Source of the DNA: Thermoanaerobaculia bacterium
GTDB lineage: Bacteria; Acidobacteriota; Thermoanaerobaculia; Gp7-AA8
Direction of reading: 5' to 3'
NCBI GenBank assembly: GCA_963715895.1
Contig: OY970284.1
Span: 4,899,892-4,963,891 of the forward strand
DNA length: 64,000 nt
Below are positions 29,293 through 38,944 of the stretch, piece by piece. How positions within the stretch are numbered: the first letter of the stretch is position 1; every line of letters begins with the position of its first letter. The translations under genes were made by a program, and so were the position numbers. The notes under the pieces were generated by a model that saw only the letters and a list, made by a program, of their open reading frames with translations, was not told where the DNA came from and did not search any database.

Positions 29293-31791
29293 TCATGCCG
29301 CTGCGTGGGCGGAAGACGGGGACGTTTGAGCCTGGACCTCGTCGTCAGCATCGATGAGCGTTGTCTTCGCGATCCAGTCGGGAACTGTGCGGCCAGTGGA
29401 ACGGATCAGGAGGGCGCCGAGCAGCCAGGGAATCACAGCAACCATCGTCACGAGGGTCCAACCGAGAAGAGTGATTTCACGAACGACGAACCTGGATGGC
29501 AGCACGCGAAAGCCGGCGGAACGCATTCCCGGTGAGCTCTGCAGCTTTCGTGAAATGGCGAAACGAATGATCAGGACCGCCAAGAGAGCGACTTCAGATC
29601 CAAACAGGGTCATTCGGTAGTACCGCAGCGCCACGCCTGCCAATGAGCACCACCCGACGATGAGCAACGGCACCGTCGCCGGAAGATACGTCGCGAAATC
29701 GATCAACTCGCCCCACATGATCTGGAGCACGCGATGCCATGGATTCTCCTCGGACAGCAGTGATGCTTCGGCACGCACAAACAGGTTGAAAATGATCACA
29801 AAGATTCCGAGAAGGAAGTAGCCGACCCATGCGCCACGGAGCTGCTGGCGGGTGATTTCTTGTACCGCCATTTCGACTTGTGGTAATCGAACGTCTAAGT
29901 CGTTCCGCAGTTGAAAAACCGCCGCAGCGGCTCCCGTCGACGAAGAGGAAGCGGTGAGCGTGGATTGCATGCGCTGGATCGCTTGCCCGATATCGCTGCG
30001 CGGGCTCATCGTTGGGCTCACGTACCGCGCCACATCGGTTGACAGCCGTTTCGTGGTCGCAGCGATCGCCTGCTCGATATCGCTGAGCCAAATCAGTCCG
30101 ACGACACCGGCCACAATGGCGATGCCGGACATGATGATCGACAGGCGGTGCCGCGCAATCACTCCCGCCACACCGAGCGCGGCAAACGAAAGGAACATCA
30201 GCAGGCCGGGATGCAACTGTGCGGGGTTGAGTGCAACAAGGTCGGTGAGCGTCAGGCTGATCGCCGACCAGAGCAGACCGACAAGACCGACGATCGGCGC
30301 AAGCTGCATGATCACTGTCGTCGTTTCGTTCCTCTTCTCCAGGCTTTCCAGCCGCTGTTCCTTGCGCTCCTGCTCAGCGGCAAGGCGTCCTACCCTACCA
30401 GCCCTGGCGTGATCGAGCTCGCGCCATCGCTTGACCACGGCACGCACGAGGAAATCGTGGGCGAGCTCGTACTCGACATCGCCGCGCACTTCGGTGCTGC
30501 GTACAAGGTCTCGCGACTCGAGCGCCGCGAGGGCCTTCCGAAGGTCCTCCACCGTTGCGTCCGATTTGTAGAGCGTCGCCGGACGGTGCATCTTGACCTC
30601 TCGAACGAGCCCCGTGAGCGACGACGCGCAACGATGGCGCTCATGGTCGGTCAGCTCGTAGAGTGCGTCGATCTGAAGATCGCGCACATCCGCCTTAGCA
30701 TCGAGCTCATCGTCCAGATACGTATCGAGAACATGTGCGGCCGGGGAATCAAAGCCTGACGAACCGAGTGCACGATAGTGATCGAGCGAGAACGGGCGCG
30801 CGTTTGACGTCTCACGCGTTTCCCACATCTTCCGAGCGACGAGTAGAAGGGCCGGTAATTCGACGAACTTCGTACTCCCCGTTGCCTGATCGGCCTCGAC
30901 GTGACCGAGAATACGCGACTCGAGCTTGTCGTATGCCTCTGCGAGGTCATTGATCACTTGCCGTACCGCGGCTGGTGCGAATTCGTAACGCGACTTCTTC
31001 AGAGGATCGGCAAGGATTTCTCTGGCCGCCCTGGCCGTGACGGGCTGCAGGCGGTAATAGTCGCGGAACATGTCGGGAATCGTTCGCCGGAGCGCGATCA
31101 TGCTCCCCACCCAGTCCTCACGCATTGAGAAAAGCAGCCGCACCTTGAGATTCGTGTCCGACCAGATGCGGCCGAGATCGTCGATGAACTCGTTCAGATT
31201 CGGCTCGTTCGCGTAATGGACGAACAGCTCCTCGAACTGATCGCAGACGATGAGAAACGGCAGATCGGGTGCCATTGCCGTCGCGGCGCACACAGCGTCG
31301 TAGGCGGATGTTCCGCTTGCGCGGAGGCGCTGCTCAAAATCGCGCTCGAGCTCTGGATCCTCTGGCAGCGCGTCGATGAAGGCGCGGAACCGGCCCGCCA
31401 GCCGGCGAAGCTCCTCGCGGTCGGAGACGGCGCTCTCGAGTTCAGCGAACATTTTCAGATCGAACCGCTGGCGCAACTCGTTCGGGAGTTGCCGGGCCAA
31501 GCAGCCACGAAAAGCGTCGTGCGGATTGGTACGCGCCCACGGCGGCCGTGGCCGCGTAAAAATGACAACATAGCCGAGGCGGCGGAAGGCCGGCGCGATG
31601 CCGGCGTGGAGCACGGAAGTCTTCCCGTTGCCCGACATCGCGTAGAGCAGCGATACACGCGACGCAGCCACCATATTGTTGATGGCGTGCAACTCGTCGC
31701 GTCGGGTCAGTTCGAGAAGCTGCCGGTGGTCGCTACGCTCGCCATCGAGGGGGCGGAGACCCGGCCACGGAGTGTCGTCGGTGGATGTCAT
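29293..31791 (-). CDS. nSTAND1-type ATPase with C-terminal transmembrane/RDD-like region
   Basis: PWPGLRPL, Walker A AMSGNGKTSVLHAG, Walker B IVCDQFEELF, FSMREDW, YELAHDFLV; several TM helices; SPGMRSAGFRV. ATG 31791 overlaps the SIR2 stop. Confidence 0.85.
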   Translation of the reverse strand: MTSTDDTPWPGLRPLDGERSDHRQLLELTRRDELHAINNMVAASRVSLLYAMSGNGKTSVLHAGIAPAFRRLGYVVIFTRPRPPWARTNPHDAFRGCLARQLPNELRQRFDLKMFAELESAVSDREELRRLAGRFRAFIDALPEDPELERDFEQRLRASGTSAYDAVCAATAMAPDLPFLIVCDQFEELFVHYANEPNLNEFIDDLGRIWSDTNLKVRLLFSMREDWVGSMIALRRTIPDMFRDYYRLQPVTARAAREILADPLKKSRYEFAPAAVRQVINDLAEAYDKLESRILGHVEADQATGSTKFVELPALLLVARKMWETRETSNARPFSLDHYRALGSSGFDSPAAHVLDTYLDDELDAKADVRDLQIDALYELTDHERHRCASSLTGLVREVKMHRPATLYKSDATVEDLRKALAALESRDLVRSTEVRGDVEYELAHDFLVRAVVKRWRELDHARAGRVGRLAAEQERKEQRLESLEKRNETTTVIMQLAPIVGLVGLLWSAISLTLTDLVALNPAQLHPGLLMFLSFAALGVAGVIARHRLSIIMSGIAIVAGVVGLIWLSDIEQAIAATTKRLSTDVARYVSPTMSPRSDIGQAIQRMQSTLTASSSSTGAAAAVFQLRNDLDVRLPQVEMAVQEITRQQLRGAWVGYFLLGIFVIIFNLFVRAEASLLSEENPWHRVLQIMWGELIDFATYLPATVPLLIVGWCSLAGVALRYYRMTLFGSEVALLAVLIIRFAISRKLQSSPGMRSAGFRVLPSRFVVREITLLGWTLVTMVAVIPWLLGALLIRSTGRTVPDWIAKTTLIDADDEVQAQTSPSSAHAAA

Positions 31792-32810
31792 CGTTGTTGC
31801 CGCTCTTTCACCGCGTCGATCAGAAGCCTGAGAAAGCCGGCGGCATCGTGATCGATGATCGTCACCTCTTTCCTGGCCCAGAACCCGACCATCTTTTCCC
31901 ACCGCTCACGTTTCCTGTCATTGGTGACGCGATCGCTCTCCGGAACGAACTTCTGAATCGCGTACGACATGTTCGTTTTTGTCCGATCAGCAAGCGCTTT
32001 TTCCGCCGTCGCCTTGAAGATCACGCGGAAGTTCCAGTCGGTGAGGCTGTATCCAAGGAAGAGGATCGTATGTTTGGTGATGCGCGATACCACCTCGCGC
32101 AGCAGCCGCTTTGAAGGATCGGCGGCAATGGCATTTGTGAGGAAATTGATGTAGTCCTCTTCGGTGATGACCATGCCTTGCGGACGCGAGATGCAGCCGT
32201 GCATTTTGTAAAGATAGGTTTTGGCCTGTACCGGCTGCCAGTGCTCCTGAGGCCCTTTGATGGCGCCCCAGTTCAGCACCGTTTTCGGGTCATGATCGTT
32301 CGGGTCGGTACGGCCATCGTAGCCGATCACCCTGAGTTGCTGCTTCGGATCAGCCGTCTTGGCGTTGTACTCATTCTCGAGCGACTGGTCATAGTTCGTC
32401 GTGACGATGAAGAGTTGTTTTTGCGCGGCCTCAAGCAAATGCGCCAGTTCGGCGACTTGTTGGATCGTGGCGCTGGCCGGAAACTTGCCAATCTCATCCT
32501 TCAAAAAATTTTCCAACCCGTCCCGTGAATAGAACGACTCGTAATAGAACGCAGTCGTCGATAGCGGGATGTACTCCGGCGACGCCATGCCACATTTTTC
32601 CGCGAGGCTTGCCGACAACTCGGATCCGAGGGGCAGTCGATTCTCGCGAGGCAGCTTCGGATCGGTCGCGGCCCCCGCGCCGAGAAAGAGCACGCAATTG
32701 TCCTCGGCTCCTTCGTCGTCCGGCCGGCTCGTGAGTGCTCGCGCGAGCGTATCGATCGCACCGCGAACGGTGTACGAAATGCTCTCCTCTTGGCGGTCGG
32801 AATCGGCCAT
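31788..32810 (-). CDS. SIR2-like domain protein (SIR2_2 type, putative NADase)
   Basis: VLFLGAGA, IVTTNYDQSLE, LYKMHG, VITEEDY, LFLGYSLTDWNFR. Confidence 0.9.
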   Translation of the reverse strand: MADSDRQEESISYTVRGAIDTLARALTSRPDDEGAEDNCVLFLGAGAATDPKLPRENRLPLGSELSASLAEKCGMASPEYIPLSTTAFYYESFYSRDGLENFLKDEIGKFPASATIQQVAELAHLLEAAQKQLFIVTTNYDQSLENEYNAKTADPKQQLRVIGYDGRTDPNDHDPKTVLNWGAIKGPQEHWQPVQAKTYLYKMHGCISRPQGMVITEEDYINFLTNAIAADPSKRLLREVVSRITKHTILFLGYSLTDWNFRVIFKATAEKALADRTKTNMSYAIQKFVPESDRVTNDRKRERWEKMVGFWARKEVTIIDHDAAGFLRLLIDAVKERQQR

Positions 32811-32907
32811 CGCACCCCTCGCTGCTGAAGCGGCGTGTCTGACTATGATACTTGAAATAATTCCGGCGCGCTTTCTTACACACACGGCAGGGCTGGGGAT
32901 GAAGAGG

Positions 32908-34281
32908 CTACGGAGTGCTGACGGCGCTGAGTATCGCCGCGGCCACTTCGGCTTTGGCGATGTCGCTGTGCCCTGTGATTACGCTGTCCGCACGCATGTT
33001 GTAAATCCTGGCCGCCTGGAATTGGAATAACTGCTGGCCCGCGGCGAGCGGAACGGAGGTGTCGGCGTTGGACTTCTGCGCGCCGTTCGAGCCCATCCCG
33101 CCGTGCGGATCGTTCGCGTCGCCGAGGCCACTCGCGATATCGCCGTTCAGCCTCGACGCGAGCGGGTACGCAATGCCTACCGCACGGTCGTTGCGGGTGT
33201 GACTGATCACGATCGGGCCGCGCACCTTCTCGTTTGCCACAACTCCGTTGAAGAAGCCTTTTGTCCCTTTCGTGTCGAAGTTCGGCGAGAGACCGTTGTG
33301 GGAGTACGCAGCCTGCAGCAGCGCCATCGTCTGTATCGGACCGGGCGCGACGCTGCCGCCCTGTTTCTTTACGGCATCGGCGGAGGCGGTAACGAGCCGT
33401 CCGCCGAAACTGTGCCCGATCAGATGAAGCTTGAGCTCCTGCTTTCTCGCCAGGAGCTCGTCGAGCATTTGCGCCACGCCGTTCTTGCCGATTGCGCCGG
33501 CGCGTTCCTTCATCGTGAAGTAAGTGAAGAGGTTCAGAAGGTTTCGCGCTCCATTCTTGAACGAGGTGATTGGGTTCTGAAGACTTGCCGCTCCTCCGCC
33601 TGGCGTCCACGGCCGGAAGCCGGATGGGTTGAACGATGCTGCTACGCTTCCGCTCGGCGGCGCCTCGTCCCAAAAATCATCGTCACCGTCGGCCAGGCGT
33701 TTCAGCAGATCGTCGGGTGAGGCGGTAAAGAGCCGATTGGAGGCGTCATCATTCTGGTCAGCCGGAGCCTCTCCGGCGAAGGCGGACCGGATGGCGTTGA
33801 CGAATGCCGCACGCGCATCTGCGCTGCCATCGAGATTCGGGATGTGCTGAATGGCGGCATCGAGCTTCACCGCTGCGCTCTGCGCATTGGGGTCTTCGGA
33901 ACTTCCTGATGGCTTCGCCGCGATTGCTTCCTTGAGGCGCGTCACCTTCGACAGCAGCACTGCGTCCTGAGACGCCGAGGCCGCACCGCCGGGAATCAAC
34001 TCTTCATCGGCGAAGCGCTTCGATGGCCAGAAGATTGCCAGAATCGCGAAGGTTCGCCCGGGCAGCGGAAACCGCGGGAGGGCGTCGGCGATCTGCTTCG
34101 AAAGGCGCTCATAAAGGTTCCGTGCTTCCGCCTCGTCGTTGTTCCAGCCGTGAGACATGACGAAGAGATCGGTATAGGTTGCGATCGCGCCGAGGAGCTG
34201 GTCGAGTTGCGACCGGTCGACGATCGCGCCGTCTTTGTTGAATGGGACTTCAAAATAGTCGAAGCCATTGAGTTTGTTCAC
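32908..34281 (-). CDS. Alpha/beta hydrolase
   Basis: FVMSHGWNN, IFWPS, nucleophile elbow LIGHSFG, LLQAAYS, NDRAV, TGHSDI; no signal peptide. Confidence 0.85.
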   Translation of the reverse strand: MNKLNGFDYFEVPFNKDGAIVDRSQLDQLLGAIATYTDLFVMSHGWNNDEAEARNLYERLSKQIADALPRFPLPGRTFAILAIFWPSKRFADEELIPGGAASASQDAVLLSKVTRLKEAIAAKPSGSSEDPNAQSAAVKLDAAIQHIPNLDGSADARAAFVNAIRSAFAGEAPADQNDDASNRLFTASPDDLLKRLADGDDDFWDEAPPSGSVAASFNPSGFRPWTPGGGAASLQNPITSFKNGARNLLNLFTYFTMKERAGAIGKNGVAQMLDELLARKQELKLHLIGHSFGGRLVTASADAVKKQGGSVAPGPIQTMALLQAAYSHNGLSPNFDTKGTKGFFNGVVANEKVRGPIVISHTRNDRAVGIAYPLASRLNGDIASGLGDANDPHGGMGSNGAQKSNADTSVPLAAGQQLFQFQAARIYNMRADSVITGHSDIAKAEVAAAILSAVSTP

Positions 34282-34293
34282 GGTACTGTCCTT

Positions 34294-35988
34294 TCACACC
34301 GATTGAATGGCACGCATGAGGTCGACGAGGCCGCTTCCCTGGAAATATCGCTCGCGTTTCAAGTCGGTCGCAGAGTTGGTGAAGATCGACTTCACTTCGT
34401 CTGGGCGCCCGATGAACTCCTGCCGGATCGAAAGGAACGCGGCGATGGCGCCGGAGACGTGCGGCGCGGCCATGCTCGTTCCGCTGTCCTGGACGTACCA
34501 GGCCGTATCGGTGTTAGCACCCGGCGGATTCGGATCGACAGCGGTCACCTTCGACGGAGCGGCGGAAGAGAGGATCTTCTCGCCGGGCGCGACCAGGTCG
34601 GGCTTAAGTCGCCCGTCGCCCGTCGGTCCCTTCGAAGAAAAATATGAGACGCCGTAGACGTGCGGCATGTCGCGGTGCGTCGACCCGACGGTGATGGCGA
34701 AATCGGCATTGCCCGGATCGTTGATGGTAAGGGGCGCGCCCGCCGAAACGACGCCCCGCGCGAGCGTCTTCGTGAAAACGTAGCCGGTATTGCCCGCTGC
34801 TACCACGACGATCACTCCTGAGCGGACAAGGCGGTTCACCTCGACACACAGCGGACTTTGACCGCACGCGAACCACTCGGGGTCGAAGTCGTAGCCCAGG
34901 GACATATTCACGCCATGAACGAGCAACTTCCGGCCGTAGCCGTTGATCTGCTGGATATACGCCGTGGCTGCGATCAGATTCGACACTTCTCCGTTGCCAC
35001 TGTCATCGAGCACCTTCAGGCTCAACAGCTTGCATCGCGGAGCAACGCCGGCGATGGCGTCGAGCGGCGCGACCCGCTGCTGAATGTTGTTGCCGTCGTC
35101 GCGATAGGCACTCTGCGTGCGAATGGCTGTTCCACGGTGAGTGACCTTATCTCCATCCTGTATCGGAGGCGCGGCGGTGACTGCACCGGCAATGATTCCG
35201 GCGACGTGCGTGCCGTGACCAAAGCCATCGTGTTTGGCATTCCCGTTTCCGTTCAGGGCCGTGAAATCGCGATGGACGAGCGGAAGGTCGACGTCGAGAG
35301 TTCCGTATGTCTTGAAATGGGGGTGATCGCCCTCGATGCCGGAATCCAAGACAGCCCAGACCACTCCATCGCCGAGGGCGGAGAAAGCGCGGTGCGCGGC
35401 GTCAGCCTTAACCGTCGTGAGGGAGCGCGAGATTAGCGGCCGAAGCGGAAAATCGAGCCAGATGTGGTAGATCGCGCGCTGTTTGGCGTGTTCTCCGAAT
35501 TCCGCACGCTCACGGTCGAGCTCCAGCAACTCCGCCATCGCATGCGGGTCCGCCTCAGCGGTCGTCTCGCTAAGATCGCTCTCCGTGATCAGCAGCCGTG
35601 AATCGAGGTCTACGAGCCGCGCGATGCTCTCTGCGGAGAGCCGGGCAAAGATGTGCTGCTCCGACATCTTGCTCTTGGAGTTATTGATGCCCTCGGGCGG
35701 CACGGGCTCTCGCCCGCCGAAAACCTGGTTGAGGAGACGCCGGACCTTGTTCTCCGCGGCCTGCGTTCCGCCGCGCGCCTCGACATTGAGGTCGATGATG
35801 ACGGGATACGGAGAGGTCACCTTCCTCAGTTGGGGATTATTACGCCGGACACGCTCTGTCGTTCCGTCCCGACGTTCCTCCTCGATGAAATCCGATAGCG
35901 GAGGGGCGATGACCGCGGAGTGCATCTGTTCGGGCCTGAATTCGTTGAGGTCGTCGAGACCGTCCGGCGGCGTTTCGTTTTCGCCCAT
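34294..35988 (-). CDS. S8 (subtilisin-like) serine peptidase, cytoplasmic
   Basis: AVLDSG, HGTHVAG, AAGN, SGTSMAAPHVSG; no signal peptide. Confidence 0.93.
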   Translation of the reverse strand: MGENETPPDGLDDLNEFRPEQMHSAVIAPPLSDFIEEERRDGTTERVRRNNPQLRKVTSPYPVIIDLNVEARGGTQAAENKVRRLLNQVFGGREPVPPEGINNSKSKMSEQHIFARLSAESIARLVDLDSRLLITESDLSETTAEADPHAMAELLELDRERAEFGEHAKQRAIYHIWLDFPLRPLISRSLTTVKADAAHRAFSALGDGVVWAVLDSGIEGDHPHFKTYGTLDVDLPLVHRDFTALNGNGNAKHDGFGHGTHVAGIIAGAVTAAPPIQDGDKVTHRGTAIRTQSAYRDDGNNIQQRVAPLDAIAGVAPRCKLLSLKVLDDSGNGEVSNLIAATAYIQQINGYGRKLLVHGVNMSLGYDFDPEWFACGQSPLCVEVNRLVRSGVIVVVAAGNTGYVFTKTLARGVVSAGAPLTINDPGNADFAITVGSTHRDMPHVYGVSYFSSKGPTGDGRLKPDLVAPGEKILSSAAPSKVTAVDPNPPGANTDTAWYVQDSGTSMAAPHVSGAIAAFLSIRQEFIGRPDEVKSIFTNSATDLKRERYFQGSGLVDLMRAIQSV

Positions 35989-36143
35989 GTCAACTCTCCC
36001 ACTCAATATGGAGTGACGCGGCAAGGGATTTCCCTACCCGGCGTAGCGCTGCGGCATCCGCACCATCGCCGCCAGCTCACCCATGCACCCGCAGCCCGGT
36101 CGCCTCTCGTCAAACTTCGCGGAACCGAGTCTCAAAGTCCCCG

Positions 36144-36177
36144 ATGTGGGCGCGGCTATTTAGCGCCGCGCCCACAT
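36144..36177. terminator. Hairpin terminator
   Basis: ATGTGGGCGCGGC-tatttagc-GCCGCGCCCACAT, 13-bp stem just past the 36182 stop. Confidence 0.65.
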
Positions 36178-36181
36178 TTTC

Positions 36182-37660
36182 TCATTTCGAGCTGATGAGC
36201 TTCGTCAGATCGGGTAACCGGTAACTCAGTCCGACGTGAGCGCCGATTCGGTTTTTCACGTCGCCGATGAACTCCGCTTTGTTGGCCCAGGTGATCGACA
36301 CCGGGATCGTCATCATGTCGCCAAATGGGACCGAGAGCGTGATCGTACCGACCCAACGGTTGTTGCTCCGCACGTTGCCTTTTTGATTGAAGCCGCCTTC
36401 GATTGACAGATCGGCGTGCAGCGGCTTGCCGGTGATGTCGGTACCGAGTTGCCGCCCACCTTGTGCTTTGACTTTCAGCACGTCACTCTGCGGATTGTTG
36501 ATGGCCATGAAACCCTCCACCGGCGGATCAAGTCCGAGGGATGCGAGAGAGTAGTGCTGCGCGCGGTCGTACGACGCCGTGAAGACGAGCTTGTCGGTCG
36601 ACATCCCGTTCGTCGCGTATTCGTTGAGCTGAGTGCGAAAACAGGAGCCGATAGCAATGTCTGTGCGCTCGTCCCGACACGCGTTACGGAGAGTGTTCAT
36701 GTTTACGCGGCCAAAGTGCAGTTCGACGGAAGCCGCCTGCGAGCGCGGTCCGCCGAAAAGCGCCGGATGATGCACCGTGATCGTTCCGGTAGCCTGCGGC
36801 TGGTTGTCAATCATCGTCGCGATCAAGTCGAGGTGATTGGCGTCGTAGATCGCTTTCGCGGTCTTGGCACGCGCGGCATCAACCGCTATCTCCTCCTTAA
36901 TGATCGCGATCACCTCATTCGGGTGATCCGCCTTGCCCACAATTCGTTTGTTGTCTTCGCCAGCTTCATGGTACTCATCACTCAGCCTTTTTGCCAACAA
37001 AGCAGACGCACCATTGCTCTGCACGAACGCCTCAAGGAGCAGCGATACCAGCGGCCGGTATGCGGCCGGCGTACGCCCCCAGCATCTGTCACCTGCTGGA
37101 CGATCAGGCCCGCATCGAACTGTCGCCGCGGAGTAGGATGCGGAAAACGTAAGATCGTTCTGGCTCCCGATCCGTTTTTCCAATGCCGTGACAGTCTTAT
37201 CGCGAATACCATCGGGGATGGCGTTCTTCACAACGTCGGCAACAGCCGGTTGCGTCACGGTCAACGTTGTACCGATGAGCGTGCTGCCTTGACGCAATGG
37301 ATTGAAACGGACGATGAGCGCCTGCCCGTTATCCGACTCGTCCACCTTGTTGATGGCAAAGCTGAAGAGATTCAGGAAGTCTTCGTACGAGTTGTGAATG
37401 CGCGCCGCGAAGGTAGGTGGCGCAACAGTTGGACGATTCGCCGTAACGACGTCGTTCTCTTGTTTGGCTTGCGCCGTCGCGACTGCGTTTTTCCCGGCGG
37501 CGAGTTGGGCCTGCGGTGTCGCCATCTGAGCCAGGTAGAAGGCTTTTGCCCCTTCGAAGGTGCAATGTTCCTTGTCGACAGTGGGATCGCACGGTGTCAC
37601 CACCTCACCAAACACGCTGGTGGCGACGAACATAAAGAATGGAATCAGAAGTCGTTTCAT
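36182..37660 (-). CDS. Secreted or outer-membrane hypothetical protein
   Basis: Signal peptide MKRLLIPFFMFVATSVFG; RBS AAGGAG; C-terminal alternating beta strands ending GAHVGLSYRLP. Confidence 0.75.
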   Translation of the reverse strand: MKRLLIPFFMFVATSVFGEVVTPCDPTVDKEHCTFEGAKAFYLAQMATPQAQLAAGKNAVATAQAKQENDVVTANRPTVAPPTFAARIHNSYEDFLNLFSFAINKVDESDNGQALIVRFNPLRQGSTLIGTTLTVTQPAVADVVKNAIPDGIRDKTVTALEKRIGSQNDLTFSASYSAATVRCGPDRPAGDRCWGRTPAAYRPLVSLLLEAFVQSNGASALLAKRLSDEYHEAGEDNKRIVGKADHPNEVIAIIKEEIAVDAARAKTAKAIYDANHLDLIATMIDNQPQATGTITVHHPALFGGPRSQAASVELHFGRVNMNTLRNACRDERTDIAIGSCFRTQLNEYATNGMSTDKLVFTASYDRAQHYSLASLGLDPPVEGFMAINNPQSDVLKVKAQGGRQLGTDITGKPLHADLSIEGGFNQKGNVRSNNRWVGTITLSVPFGDMMTIPVSITWANKAEFIGDVKNRIGAHVGLSYRLPDLTKLISSK

Positions 37661-37670
37661 GGTCTGCTCC

Positions 37671-38033
37671 TTACAGCGGGCTGAATTCCCATGTCGGCTC
37701 ATTGAGCGTATCGGGATCGAGGTCCACCACATGATGCGAGGGGTCGATCGCCGTCTCAAACGTCACCGTCGTATCGAGCGTTGTGGCACTACTCGCTGTC
37801 GCCGCGATTGCGATTTGATAGTGCTGATTCCCAGCGGCGTCGAAATCGAATGACACTCCGTGCTCGAGGTCGTCCGAGGTCCACGTCTCTCTGAGAGTGA
37901 CAGGAGCATCCGGATCGGTGACGTCCTGGTAGAAGAAGAGCTTCCCGGCATAACCGGTAACGTTGTCTCCAGGTGTCGTCGTAAAACTGACCTTGTTGGG
38001 TGCCGGAACAGTGTAGCGGCCAATAGCGGGCAT
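37671..38033 (-). CDS. Hypothetical small beta-rich protein (120 aa)
   Basis: RBS AGGAGG; stop lies 10 bp before the next gene. Confidence 0.65.
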   Translation of the reverse strand: MPAIGRYTVPAPNKVSFTTTPGDNVTGYAGKLFFYQDVTDPDAPVTLRETWTSDDLEHGVSFDFDAAGNQHYQIAIAATASSATTLDTTVTFETAIDPSHHVVDLDPDTLNEPTWEFSPL

Positions 38034-38227
38034 AGTTAAACCTCCTGCCCTCTAGAGACGGCCAAGCCATGAAGTTTCCGGCCCGAGTGGTTGAAAGAAC
38101 CGTTCGCCCTCGGCTACAACGGTAAGCAGCGAATCAGGGCAGCATGTCGTCGGACACACGCCAGCCTTCCGGCGCTTGCAACTGTTCCCGACTTGTACTT
38201 GTCAGATCCGCACCGGCGGTGTCGTGT

Positions 38228-38944
38228 TCAATCCAGAAACTGATGCCGTTTCAACCCCTCATACAGCGACGTATCGGGATACGAAGCATCCTTATCCCTC
38301 CCCTCCCTCCTCCACCGTTCGTTCCACAGATGAACGCCGAGGGAATCGGGAGGGAGTGGGGGGCGGCGGGGGGAGATGATCGTTAACCAGTCCGCCTCGC
38401 CGATGGGGCAGAAGATCCGGGAGGGGCGGACGTAGCGCTCCCGGGCGAAGCGGCGCACGGTTTCGGCGACGAGACGTGGGCCGACTTCGCCCCATTTCAG
38501 GGCCGACGGGTCCTTGGAGGCACACACATCCCACGCGTACTGCATCGCCTCACACCCGCGCGGCGCTTTGATCGCGCCGGCGCAGATGACGTCCACTCCA
38601 TGCTTCCCCGGCTCGCTGGCGAAGACGTAGGGATCGTCGGTGGTGAACGGCTGGAGGCAGACCTGGTCGGTGTCGACCCACCAGCCGCCGCGGTCGAGGA
38701 GGAGTTTGTAGCGGAAGAAGTTCGAGAAGCCGGAGTAGGAGTTGTGGTCGCGGTAGACGAAGATCGATGAGCTCGGAAGGATCTCGTTTCCGTCGCGGAC
38801 GATGGTGCCCTCGGGGATCCGGGCCACATCGCCGTAGACGTAGAGATGAAACTCGTGGCCGTGGTGGAGAAACGACTGGATGGTCAGCCGTTCCATTGAT
38901 GATAGAGACGGTCCGATCCAGAGGCTCTGGATCACATCGGCCAC
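38228..38944 (-). CDS. DxD glycosyltransferase (GT32 / alpha-1,4-GT-like)
   Basis: IQSLWIG, FSNFFRYKLL..RGGWWVDTD, WGEVGP, GVHLWNE. Confidence 0.88.
   Translation of the reverse strand: MADVIQSLWIGPSLSSMERLTIQSFLHHGHEFHLYVYGDVARIPEGTIVRDGNEILPSSSIFVYRDHNSYSGFSNFFRYKLLLDRGGWWVDTDQVCLQPFTTDDPYVFASEPGKHGVDVICAGAIKAPRGCEAMQYAWDVCASKDPSALKWGEVGPRLVAETVRRFARERYVRPSRIFCPIGEADWLTIISPRRPPLPPDSLGVHLWNERWRREGRDKDASYPDTSLYEGLKRHQFLD

Noticed and set aside
29148-29357. 69-aa ORF after the 695-aa enzyme
   Set aside because: No clear RBS or motif, and it overlaps the convergent STAND gene end; may be a remnant at the insertion edge but cannot be supported
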